From sequence record OR532817.1: a stretch of 64,000 nucleotides of DNA; one strand, written 5' to 3'. The translations under genes and the position numbers were made by a program. A model generated the notes under the pieces. The model did not search any database, was not told where the DNA came from, and saw only the letters and a list, made by a program, of their open reading frames with translations. Of the stretch, positions 39,247 through 50,145 are shown piece by piece (the first letter of the stretch is position 1; each line of letters starts with the position of its first letter).

Positions 39247-40677
39247 TTGCTATTGGTAAATATTAATGATAACAAAGAATCAAGGATGATTTTTATGGCA
39301 AAGAAAATTACACAGAAGGAAGCTGAAGAACGAGTAAAACAAAAGTGCTTGGAGAAAGGATATACGTGTGGAGAATTCGTTTATATTGGAAATGATAAAA
39401 CTTTTTTACCTCTAACGTGTGATAAAAATCATTTTTGGAATACCACACATTATAATAACTTTATGATGAAAAATAAAGGATTATGTCCAATATGTTTGGG
39501 TAGATATAAAACTACTGAAAGTTTTATTCAAGAAGCAAAACAAAAAAGAACTGATTTGAATTTTGATTATAGTAAAACTGAATATGTAGATAGTAAAACA
39601 AAAGTTTGTATAATAGATCCAGATTATGGTGAATTTTGGATTACTCCTGGTAATTTTTTATATGGTTATGGAAATAAACAAAGAGCTATAGATAGAGTTC
39701 ATGATAAACAACGTCACGGTACTGAAGATTTTTTAATTAAAGTTAAAGAAAAGAATTTCAATATTAATTATGATTTTAGTAAAACTGAATATGTTGATTC
39801 AAAAACTAAATTATGTATAATTGATCCTGAATATGGTGAATTTTGGATTACCCCGCATAGTTTTTTGAATGGCAATTGTCACAAAGAACGAGGTAAGCAA
39901 AAGAGTAGAGAACTATTTGCTTTTAGTACTGAAGAATTTATTATAAAAGCAAAAGAGAAATTTCCTGATATAGAATATAATTATAGTAAAGTTATATATA
40001 AAAATAACAGTACTAAAATTATAATTATAGATCCAGATTATGGTGAATTTAAAGTTACACCTGCCAGCTTTTTTAATGGTTCGTGCCATCCAATAAAAAG
40101 AAAAGAAATAAGAAGAAAAGCTAAGATTAAATCATCAGAACAGTTTATAAATGATTGTAAAAATAGATTTCCTGATATTAATTATGATTATAGTAAAGTT
40201 GATTACAAAACTGCAAGAACAAAAGTTACTATAATAGATCCAGAATACGGGGAATTCAATATTACTCCTAATAAATTTTTAAGTGGTCAAAAACATCCAA
40301 ATCATTCTATAACTGGATATAATCAATATTCATCTGGATATTTTTATATCAATAAGATCATATATGATAATAATATATATTATAAATTTGGTATAAGTAA
40401 TAATTATGAAAAAAGATTTAAACAATATAATACAAATTATTTAGAATCATTAAAATATAAATGTTTTTATCATGAAGATGGTTCTATTATTTTTAATATA
40501 GAATCAATTATTAAAAAGAACAAAAAGATAAAAAGAAAAGCTTTACCTAAAAATATTTTTAATGATGGTTATACTGAAACCATACATGAATCAAATTTAA
40601 ATGATATTCTTGATATTATAAAAAAATATTCATTAATAGAAGTACCAATATATGTTGACAATGAGAAATCTATATGA
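39247..40677 (+). CDS. putative free-standing homing endonuclease: four ~65-aa repeats plus C-terminal GIY-YIG/T5orf172-like domain
   Basis: Repeats DYSK.EY....TK..IIDP(D/E)YGEF.ITP; C-terminal YFYINK...YKFGISN..EKRF; probable start ATG 39295. Confidence 0.7.
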   Translation: MLLVNINDNKESRMIFMAKKITQKEAEERVKQKCLEKGYTCGEFVYIGNDKTFLPLTCDKNHFWNTTHYNNFMMKNKGLCPICLGRYKTTESFIQEAKQKRTDLNFDYSKTEYVDSKTKVCIIDPDYGEFWITPGNFLYGYGNKQRAIDRVHDKQRHGTEDFLIKVKEKNFNINYDFSKTEYVDSKTKLCIIDPEYGEFWITPHSFLNGNCHKERGKQKSRELFAFSTEEFIIKAKEKFPDIEYNYSKVIYKNNSTKIIIIDPDYGEFKVTPASFFNGSCHPIKRKEIRRKAKIKSSEQFINDCKNRFPDINYDYSKVDYKTARTKVTIIDPEYGEFNITPNKFLSGQKHPNHSITGYNQYSSGYFYINKIIYDNNIYYKFGISNNYEKRFKQYNTNYLESLKYKCFYHEDGSIIFNIESIIKKNKKIKRKALPKNIFNDGYTETIHESNLNDILDIIKKYSLIEVPIYVDNEKSI

Positions 40678-40719
40678 TATAAATATGTACATATAGATTA
40701 AACTATAAGGAATTTAGTA

Positions 40720-42390
40720 ATGCCAAATGATAATGGAGATATGAAACACAGGAATGGTGCATTAGTGCAGCATTCCAGTAAATGGGCTAATGATCGTAGA
40801 CCCAAAAATTCATACGCAGCAGGATCTGGAAGCAAAGCCAGTCGTAATCAGGGTTATGGTCAACAAGGTATTGATAATACAAAACCATCCGATGAAATAG
40901 ATACAACAAAAATGTCACCTGACCAAAAATTAAAGTATTTTCAAAAACTCGGCTTATTAAAACCCGATGAACCGAAGGAACAACCCAAACAAAACACACA
41001 ATCAGAACCAAAACAACCAGAAGTACAAGAACAACCTAAATCTAATCCAGTAAAAGAATTATCTGATAAATTGGGTAAAATTTTCGCTAATAAACCACAA
41101 TTAATTCAAGGTATCGTGAAAGCATTGCAATCTGTACCAAAAGAACAATTAAAAGACAAAGCACAAGCTGTACTGAAAGCTATGAATAACAATACCAGTA
41201 CTGAACCAACTGAAGTATTCAATACTGTAATGCAAGCAATTGAAGGTTCTCCTGAAAAGGATGAAGATGATATTGATTTCGATGAAAAAGAACCAGTTAA
41301 ATCTGAACCAGAAGAAGGTTCTATTGACTGGATTCGTAAAATACATAAGTTTGTTTTTGATAAGTATTTTAATCAAGACTTTGATAGTTATAAATCTTAT
41401 AGGGATTTACTAAAAAATAAACACGATGCTAATATTTTTCAGGATTATCTTGAAAAAATGGAAAAAAATCCAAAAATCAAACCATTGTATGATCTAGCTA
41501 TGCATAAATTAAATGACTTCGATCCAGAAGAAGGTGAAGATTCTAAATTCATTAACATTGGTGACGCAGTATTCAGTATCATCAAAGATGGTGAAAATGT
41601 ACAGCAAAGCTCCGGTACTGAAGAAAGTGATAAGTACGCTCAAGACTATGAAAGAGAAGAAGAAAAAAGTCGTGATCTAGAACGTCAGTACAGTACTATG
41701 TCAGAGAATGATTTTAGAAAAGATTTTCATTTCTTAGATAGTAAAGATGTAGAAGCATTAATTAAACAAGCTAAGCAATTCAAAAATTATCAATCAGCAC
41801 TATCAGCTATTGCTTCGGGTGTTGATAATAGTACAGATGGTGATAACAATGAAATTCTATCTTCCATGTATGCTATCGCTGATGATTTAGGTAGTATGGG
41901 TTTTGAATTGAAAGATAACGATAACAGTACTTCAAATAATAGTGAACACGGTTTTGTTATGTCTCCAGAAGAATTATCACCTACTGGAAAACATAGTTAC
42001 AATAATGATCCAGAAGTATATCAACAACCAACATTGGATGATGCCTTAGTACTTGCACGTAAACATGCAGCGGATGCACGTAAAGAAGATTTTGATAAAT
42101 TCTTGAAATATGTAGCTGATGGTATGAAAGAACAGGGTACTAAACCAGCAATTATTAACAGAACTCTTAGTCATTATATGCATGAACTAAAAAATAATGG
42201 TTTTAAATTCCAGTCTGCACTAAATTCTATGGTAGATAACGCCGAGGCTTATGATCCAGATGATGATTATGGTACTGAATTTGACCACAACATAGCTTCA
42301 TTTGAAGGTGGGATGGAAAACTACGATAAAGATCAATCAAAATATGAAGATCAAATAATTCACGTTTACAATCAATTACACGGAAAATAA
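40720..42390 (+). CDS. large acidic low-complexity hypothetical protein
   Basis: 556 aa, Q/P/E-rich linkers, D/E-rich. Confidence 0.75.
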   Translation: MPNDNGDMKHRNGALVQHSSKWANDRRPKNSYAAGSGSKASRNQGYGQQGIDNTKPSDEIDTTKMSPDQKLKYFQKLGLLKPDEPKEQPKQNTQSEPKQPEVQEQPKSNPVKELSDKLGKIFANKPQLIQGIVKALQSVPKEQLKDKAQAVLKAMNNNTSTEPTEVFNTVMQAIEGSPEKDEDDIDFDEKEPVKSEPEEGSIDWIRKIHKFVFDKYFNQDFDSYKSYRDLLKNKHDANIFQDYLEKMEKNPKIKPLYDLAMHKLNDFDPEEGEDSKFINIGDAVFSIIKDGENVQQSSGTEESDKYAQDYEREEEKSRDLERQYSTMSENDFRKDFHFLDSKDVEALIKQAKQFKNYQSALSAIASGVDNSTDGDNNEILSSMYAIADDLGSMGFELKDNDNSTSNNSEHGFVMSPEELSPTGKHSYNNDPEVYQQPTLDDALVLARKHAADARKEDFDKFLKYVADGMKEQGTKPAIINRTLSHYMHELKNNGFKFQSALNSMVDNAEAYDPDDDYGTEFDHNIASFEGGMENYDKDQSKYEDQIIHVYNQLHGK

Positions 42391-42458
42391 TAAAAAGGGT
42401 TGACTTCGGTCAGCCCTTTTGTTATTATATATACATCCAAACAAAATAGGAATACTAC

Positions 42459-45400
42459 AATGTCTTTAATTAAATTGGAAACTCATATCGCTGCTATCGA
42501 ATCCATGATGAAACAACTGGATGTTCTTGAACTGACAACTGATAGTCCAGTACTGAATCACTGTCTCAGCCTTGAAGATATGGGTGAATTGGGTAATGGT
42601 ATTGAAGCCATCCGCCGTAATCTGATTAATGCTAAAGAATGGGCTGTTGAGCAATATAATACACAAGTGTTACAATTATCATACACTACTAACAAAGGTG
42701 ATTTTGCTCGTTTCCACGGTACTAAAGATGAACTTCGTAAATTCTGGAATTCATCAAAAGATAATATGAAGTACGTTGAAATCTATTACAATTATTCTCG
42801 TGCTCCAATATGTGGTGATAAAGCTGTTGGAATATTTTTATCCACAAATTAATTAAAAAGGGTTGATTTCGGTCAGCCCTTTTGTTATCATATCAGTACT
42901 GAATAGTTAATTTAAAAGGATATCACATCATGATCGTATCTGTACAGCCATTTGTGCATGGAACTTTTGTTCTTAAAATTGAAAGTGGATACAAAATGGG
43001 TCAATTCGTTAGTAAACCAAAGCTTAAAGATACTGATATCGAATTTCCAGTAACATTCGGCACTGAAGCGTCTGCATTAAAATGGGCAATTGAAACTGGA
43101 TATCAAATTTTCAAATACCATGATGAAGTTCTTCCTACTGAAGAAAAGAAAAAACTAGATACTAATGATTATAAAATCTTACACGCCGCCTTACAAAAAA
43201 TAATGGAAGGCGAACGCAATGAAGATTATGGCATTTGTTATAATCTACAATCTAAAGTACTAAACTGTATTGAAAAACGATTCATTTATCAATTCCTCCA
43301 AGAATCACTAAAAAGTATTCTTGGTGGTAAATGTGGTCAATATCCAATTGAAGGGTCGTATGAAGATTTCAAACGAAACAATGAAAAATGGAATACATTT
43401 ACTGAATTCGGATTTAAGCGTTTAAATCTACTTAAATCAATGATTGAGCGTACTGAAAAACTTTCTTTGGGAGAAAAATAATGTCCAACTGTCCACATTG
43501 TAATACAGAATTAAAAATTGACTACTGTGTATATATGAATGTAGAGACTTATGGTAAATCCGCATTAGCAACATCTAAATGTTGTGGTCGTGCTGTGGTG
43601 GTTTCTCGTGTAGTCAACTTTGGTATTAGTGCTTATAATGGTGAACGAACTGAAGATGATTGGGGTAACTGTATTCTTCAAACAACTCCAGTATCACAAA
43701 GTTGTATCAATGATGAATTGGCTATTAATGTCACTGAACTTTTAAAAGCAGATAGACTATATGAAGCATTGGAAATTATTCGTGGTATTAAAAATCCACT
43801 GACTGCTGGTTGGTTAGTACAAGAAGTATTAAATGAATTAAATGTTCCAAGTCGTACACAAACAAAAAACTGGCTAATTAATGCTCTTTATAATGGTAAA
43901 TGATTATGTTTGAATTATACAGATTCGCTGGAATTGCTATTGTTTTATCTGGATTTGTGTATATTTTAATTTGTGGAATGCTTTTATTCTTTAAGCACAG
44001 TACATTATTAAATAAAATAACTCCAGAAATAGAAGATGAAGCATTTAAAGATACCTTTATTATCTTCTTTGTTGTTTTTGGAATTGGTGTATTAATACTT
44101 GATATTGGTATACCAACCGCATGTGCTAGTGCATTATTTTCTTCTATTATACTAGCCGCCGTAATTATGTGCAAAATAATTGATATACTAATTAAAATTC
44201 GTAATAAATTACCACAGAGGTAATATTTGACCAAATAGAACCTAAAAGTTCTATTTTTTATAAAAAGGACTATAATTTTATGCTTATTAAAGAAACTGGC
44301 AGTAAAGTTAATTTTATTGATGTAAACGATGTATACGTAGGATATGATATTAGTCAGTCCTGTTGTGAACACGCTGGTTGGTTTATTCATCCAATGCAAT
44401 GTGAATCACCATATATTGAGGAATATGGTGATTCATACAGTGGTATTGTTAATAAAGAATTTGATTTAAATGGATTTGTATTTGATACTAAGTTTGTTGA
44501 ATACTCAACCAAAGATACAGATTCTGGTGCAATGGTTATTTTCCGCATGGTGAAAGGTAATAATCAATTGTTTTTGCATCTATTCAATGTCCACAACGGT
44601 TACTATGGTCATGGTTTTGATACCAATCTTCCATGTGGTAATGGTTGTCTATGAAAAATAACAGCAATTTGTGAATTATCCGATCAAGATTGTGGTATTA
44701 AAGATGCACGCATCATTGATAATAGTACTGAATCAATGCAAACATATGAAGATGGGTGGGAATATAAAATGTGGGGATTTGGATATCGTATATACTTTTA
44801 TGACGCCATCTATCCTCGTCAAGATGAATATGAAGACAAACGTTATGCATATGATTGGATGAATTATAATAGAGATAAAGAAATTGATTATTTTGTCAAC
44901 CTTTTTACTATGATATATGTAATTTAATAGTACCTAAGATTGATGGATATGGGATTTCAAATTATCTAAATTAATTAATTGGAGTGGGTATAAAATGAAA
45001 TTAACATTAGCAGTATTGAAACATGTTGGGGCTTGTAAAAGTGGTATTGATTTTTTTGTTCGTAATAATTTGGAAGGTTTTCCAATTGATAAAATACATG
45101 AAGTTAAAGGTTCATATAGCAATTATCTCACTTGGATTAATGAAAAAATTGATGATATTATTTCTTCACAAAATGTAGAAAGTAATATTCAATATACACT
45201 TCTTCCACATAAGAAAAATTCAAAGAATTGTATCCGTGTATATGATTCACATGGGAACTGCACTAAATTTTCTTATACTGTCCCAGAAGAAAAAGAAGAT
45301 GAACATGGGAATATTACGATTGTTGAACGTACTTATATTGAAGAACGTGAATATACATATATCAATAATGTTCTCAGTACTATTAAAGATGCAGAAACAA

Positions 45401-47350
45401 ACGAAATACTTCTTAGCATTCCACAATTTTAATAAAAATAAGGGTTGACTTCGGTCAACCTTTTTGCTATTATGTAATTACAATTGTATACCGAGGTTAT
45501 TTAATATGTTCGCATTGCAAAATAAAAATACTAAACAGATAATGAAAGTATCTTATTATTTCACGAATAGTGATGCAGGGGTGGAATTTGATTCACATGG
45601 TGATTATTTTTATTTAGAAAATGATCGTGAAGAACTGGAAAAACTACTTGAATTCTATCGTGAAGAAGGTAAAATAACACAGTTTGATGATTATCCAGAA
45701 TGTGGGGTAGGAGAGTTGGATGGTTACGAAATAGTTGAAATTGAATTGGTAGTTAAATGAAAACACATTAGGAATTATATCATGAAAAACATCATCAAAA
45801 AAGATTCAGGCGGTTATTCTGTAGTATTGAATGGTATCGTTATTGGCGACGCAACAACTATGAAAGAAGCACGTAATATGATTGCTCAATACAAACGCAA
45901 TCTTAAACACTCAAATTTAGTTCATAAGTATACTAAATTTTCTAATGATTTTAAGTCGAAATAAAAATATGAAAATTCAATTAAGTACTACACTACAAGA
46001 CACAGAAAACAAAGATGATGTTGAGGTACAGGTTTCTGTTGATGTTACAAAACCAGATTCAGTACTGATTAATATTGATGGTAAAACTTTTAAGTTAACA
46101 GATATTGAACGTATCATTGATTGTGCTGATAAATTAGTCAATTTAAGTACTGAATTCAATGAAGAAAACAGTGAAGAAGTATCTGATTTAAAATATTTTG
46201 ATATTGATTTCTTTAATCAACAGGGTGAACACAATAAAGTAACACTTTTAGCAAAAGATCCAGCACAAGCTGTGATATCTTTCTATGGTTCTGCTCATGC
46301 GGAACTCCACCCAAACTCTACAATCGTCAGTGTAATGCTGAAAAAATATTGAAAGTGTGGTTTTCTTTTGCTATTATGTATACATGTTGAGTGAATAGAG
46401 GATTTAATCATGCATGGTGTATTGACTTCACAAAGTATGAAAGTTGTATTCAAAGGTGAAGATGAAATCAGTTTAGAATCTGAGATTGTTCAAGAATGTC
46501 GCAGCTTTTCTGAGTTTAAAGACTTAGACATTCATACGCATGGTGATTATTTTCATCACTATACAATTCAATACAATACTAAAAGCATTGAACCAAAAAA
46601 TTACGCACCACAAATTATGAAAGCAGCACTGTTATTGATTTCAATTGCAACAAAACGTGGATTGGTACTAGTTAATTTATAATAGTGTTTGACAAATCTT
46701 AATGACTGCGGTACTATATCTATGTACCGCAAAACAACAAATTTTAATCTAAGGATATAAACATGAACGTTACTTTCCATAAAACTGCTAACCACAAACA
46801 TGAAATCCACATCAATGGTTTTAAAGCTGGTCTTATTCAACTTCTATCACATCATCCTGATCATAAAGTTAATGATGAACAGCGTATGGATTGGCGTGTA
46901 TTCTTTTGGGGAAAATATCAACAATTCCAAATGAATTATCGTGCAGTAGGTATCTGGCCTCAGACTCGCGGTTGCAATAGTGATATCTCTCTAAATCAAA
47001 TGAAAAAAGATTTGGAATTTCTTTTGCAAAATAATATCGACATTGTGCTTCCTAAAAAGTATTTTGAAGATAAAGGATATGTATTCGCCCATTTCAATGA
47101 TGGTGATATCTATACTATTGATACTGAATATCAAGATAAATGGACAGAATATTTCCATATCGGAGGAAAACATCATTTGTTTGCATCTGAACAAGAACTG
47201 ACTGAACGCGTACAAAAACTGTTTGATTATGAAAAACGTAATTACGCTGGTAAAACCCACTTATTGAGTGAAAATAAAATCCTGGATATTGAATATCGTA
47301 TGGTAAATGCAATGTTCGATACTTCTTATTATAATAGCATTAAGGATTAA
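42459..47350 (+). other. cassettes of small hypothetical CDS (42459..42852, 42930..43481, 43481..43903 Zn-ribbon, 43900..44223 membrane, 44280..44654 CCE/HNGYYG, 44995..45432, 45506..45760, 45782..45964, 45969..46352, 46410..46682, 46763..47350)
   Basis: Each cassette starts at a sigma70-like promoter or hybrid repeat. Confidence 0.55.
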
Positions 47351-47939
47351 CATGTTAGTTAAACTACATTTTGATTTAGAAAAAATGAATGCTGAAGGTG
47401 TCAGAAATGGCACCTCTTATGAAGTAATCGATCACGATGGAAAGTATGCACATATTGTGAAAGTAGATTATTCTCATTCATTGTGGGATGGTTTCGATGC
47501 AGAAGGTGTACAGGATGTTGATTTCTTAATTGAACATCAACCTGGTGTATATGAAACTCTAAGTGCAAACTTTCATTTAGAGATCGAAGAAACACAAATG
47601 AAAATTTGTGATAAGGATAACATTACCACAAACGGTGAAGTACTTGGATACGATGAATATGAACCGTATAGTACTGAATTCTTACCAAGTTATGGTGTAT
47701 GTGATAACATCGAACAAGTATTAGAACTCTATAAACCTTGTATTGACCATAGTACTAATAAATTTGTTATTTCATTAACACCAATATATAAAAATACACA
47801 ACCAGAATTACATGGCTGGCGTTGGCATAAATGGGGTGAGTATATTGGTACTCAAGAAATTACAACCGAATACATTGCTGATGAACCACTAATTGAAATG
47901 GTATATTGCTTCCATATCTATTGTGTAGAAGAAAAATAA
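47351..47939 (+). CDS. hypothetical protein, GWRWHKWG family
   Basis: SYGVCDNIEQV...GWRWHKWGEYIG; probable start ATG ~47352. Confidence 0.7.
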
Positions 47940-48422
47940 TAAAAAGGGTTGACATAAGTCAACCCTTTTTGCTATAATAAAATCACATTAATTAAAAGTG
48001 ATAATCAATTATGTCAAAATATCGTTCAGTACTTAAAGTAAAGAAAGAAGAAATTAAACCAGAAATGTTTGAAAATAAGAAAAGTTATGAATACTTTATG
48101 ACTTTGTATTATGAATTTCGTTGGTTGGAATTATTACGTAAACAAGGTGCAATCATCTTTATGGATGGTGAACCTATGGATAAAAAAGAATTTTTCTCTT
48201 TCGGTATTGATGATGATGGAACTATGCCACGTCTTGGAACCAGTACTACTAATAATAGTATGACTGTGTATTGTGGTTTTACTTATGGTAACAAACCAAA
48301 TACAGTATTCGTTTATAAGAAAGAGATCAATGAAGCATTGAAAAATATCACTTACGTAGAAAAGAAAGATATTAAAAAATTCACTACACAAAAATATTCA
48401 TTTCAATAAAGGAATAGAAAAT

Positions 48423-48853
48423 ATGTTCCAAAAAGAAACAGTACTTAAAAAATTAGATGAATGTATTGATACTCTTCAATATCATATTTCTGAATCGAAC
48501 AGTAGTACTGAAATTTTAGATCATACTTCAATACTTAATAAAAAAAGAAAAAGAATTATAAATTGATTCTTTCTGCTCTTGAAGAAATTAAAAGTGGGAA
48601 CAGAAATGAACTTCATGGTATTTGTAACAACTTGTACTTTAAAGTGGACAATACCGATATGGTAGAGGAATTTATTAAGTATTATTTTAATAGCATTTAT
48701 GGAAGTAATCATGATTATCCAGTTGAGGGTTCTCGATTTCACTATCAAATGAATAAAAACAAATGGGACGAATCAACAGTACACGGTAAAAATCGATTAA
48801 ATCTTTTGGACTCGATGATTCAGTACTGTAAATGTCGATTGCTTTCTATTTAA
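48423..48853 (+). pseudogene. gene split by 1-nt frameshift in an A-run (paralog of C-terminal half of 42930..43481)
   Basis: RBS+ATG 48423; one extra A in A7 at 48540-48546 fuses the frames; GIC.NL, YP.EGS, RLNLL.SMI shared with paralog. Confidence 0.55.
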
Positions 48854-48914
48854 AAATATTAAAATATATGTATCCTCTTTAAATTCTAAATATATTAAAA
48901 AGGGGATACATTAA

Positions 48915-49595
48915 ATGGTTAAATTATTAAAAACATTAGTTCTTATTACAATATTTTATATTCCATTTGCATTTGGTGATATTAATTGCAGTGATAAGTT
49001 TCTTAATTCAACTATACCTGATGTTAAATACGATCAACAAGTTTGTTATACTAAATTTGCAGTACTATACAATTACAATTATAAAATCCCAATGGTGAGT
49101 GCTGAATACTTAACGCCAGATGATATCAACGCATCAAGTAAATTGAAGAGAAAAGATGCATTCCATTCAGATAAATCCATTCCACCAGAATTTAATCAAA
49201 CCGTGGCTATGTATAAAGGCACTGGATATGATAAAGGTCACATGACACCAGCAGGTGATATGGATAATGCTTTTGATCAATCAGAAAGTTTTAGCTTAGC
49301 AAATATGACTCCACAGACTAAAAAGTTAAATGAAATAGTATGGAGAGGAATTGAAGAAAAAGTACGAAATTCTATATTATCTGATGGTGCCGCCTATGTT
49401 ATTACTGGTAGTATAGTTCAGAATGGTTCAAATAGACTTAATACTATTGTCATACCAGATTATATCTATAAAGCAGTATACTTTGTTAATACAAAAAAAT
49501 CCATTGTATATGTAGCAAAAAATGATAATTCAGGTGCAGAAGAGGAATTATCAGAAAAGGATTTTGAAGTGAAATATAAAATTAAACTTTTTTAA
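48915..49595 (+). CDS. exported DNA/RNA non-specific endonuclease (NucA/Serratia nuclease family)
   Basis: Signal peptide; YDKGHMTPA, SFSLANMTPQ...LN..VWRGIE, IP..IYKAV. Confidence 0.88.
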   Translation: MVKLLKTLVLITIFYIPFAFGDINCSDKFLNSTIPDVKYDQQVCYTKFAVLYNYNYKIPMVSAEYLTPDDINASSKLKRKDAFHSDKSIPPEFNQTVAMYKGTGYDKGHMTPAGDMDNAFDQSESFSLANMTPQTKKLNEIVWRGIEEKVRNSILSDGAAYVITGSIVQNGSNRLNTIVIPDYIYKAVYFVNTKKSIVYVAKNDNSGAEEELSEKDFEVKYKIKLF

Positions 49596-49661
49596 TAAAA
49601 TGGGTTGACTTCGGTCAGCCCTTTTTGCTATAATCAATGAATCAATTAAAGGAGATACACA

Positions 49662-50105
49662 ATGACTCGTATTAATTTAGTACATGTTAAAGAACTCGCT
49701 GATCAACATTTGATGGCTGAATACAGAGAACTTCCTCGTGTGTTTGGTGCAGTTCGTAAACATGTACAAGATGGCAAACGTGTTTCTGATTTCAAAATCA
49801 ACCGTACTTACATCTTAGGTACAGGACATGTGACATTCTTCTATAACAAATTATTGTACTTGCAGAAGCGTCACATTGATATTGTAAATGAATGTTTACG
49901 CCGTGGAATGAAGATTCAAAACACCGACATAAACGACCTCAGTGGTATTCCTACAGCTTTCTGTAATGATTATAACCCATTACCTCATGAGATCGATGTA
50001 TCTCGTTCCAGATTGATTGAGAAGATTCAGATGAAGCCTACCTGGTATAAGTTTACCAATGTGGAGTTTCCATCTTATTATATTACTATGTTGGATAAGT
50101 ACTAA
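49662..50105 (+). CDS. denV: pyrimidine-dimer DNA glycosylase (endonuclease V)
   Basis: MTRINL...[18 protein letters not shown]...[10 protein letters not shown]...KPTWYK. Confidence 0.95.
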   Translation: MTRINLVHVKELADQHLMAEYRELPRVFGAVRKHVQDGKRVSDFKINRTYILGTGHVTFFYNKLLYLQKRHIDIVNECLRRGMKIQNTDINDLSGIPTAFCNDYNPLPHEIDVSRSRLIEKIQMKPTWYKFTNVEFPSYYITMLDKY

Positions 50106-50145
50106 TATAGTGTTTGAATAAAATAAATTAGGTGGTTTTTATACT

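Noticed and set aside
42838-42846. DnaA box TTATCCACA
   Set aside because: Single copy inside a coding region; expected by chance.
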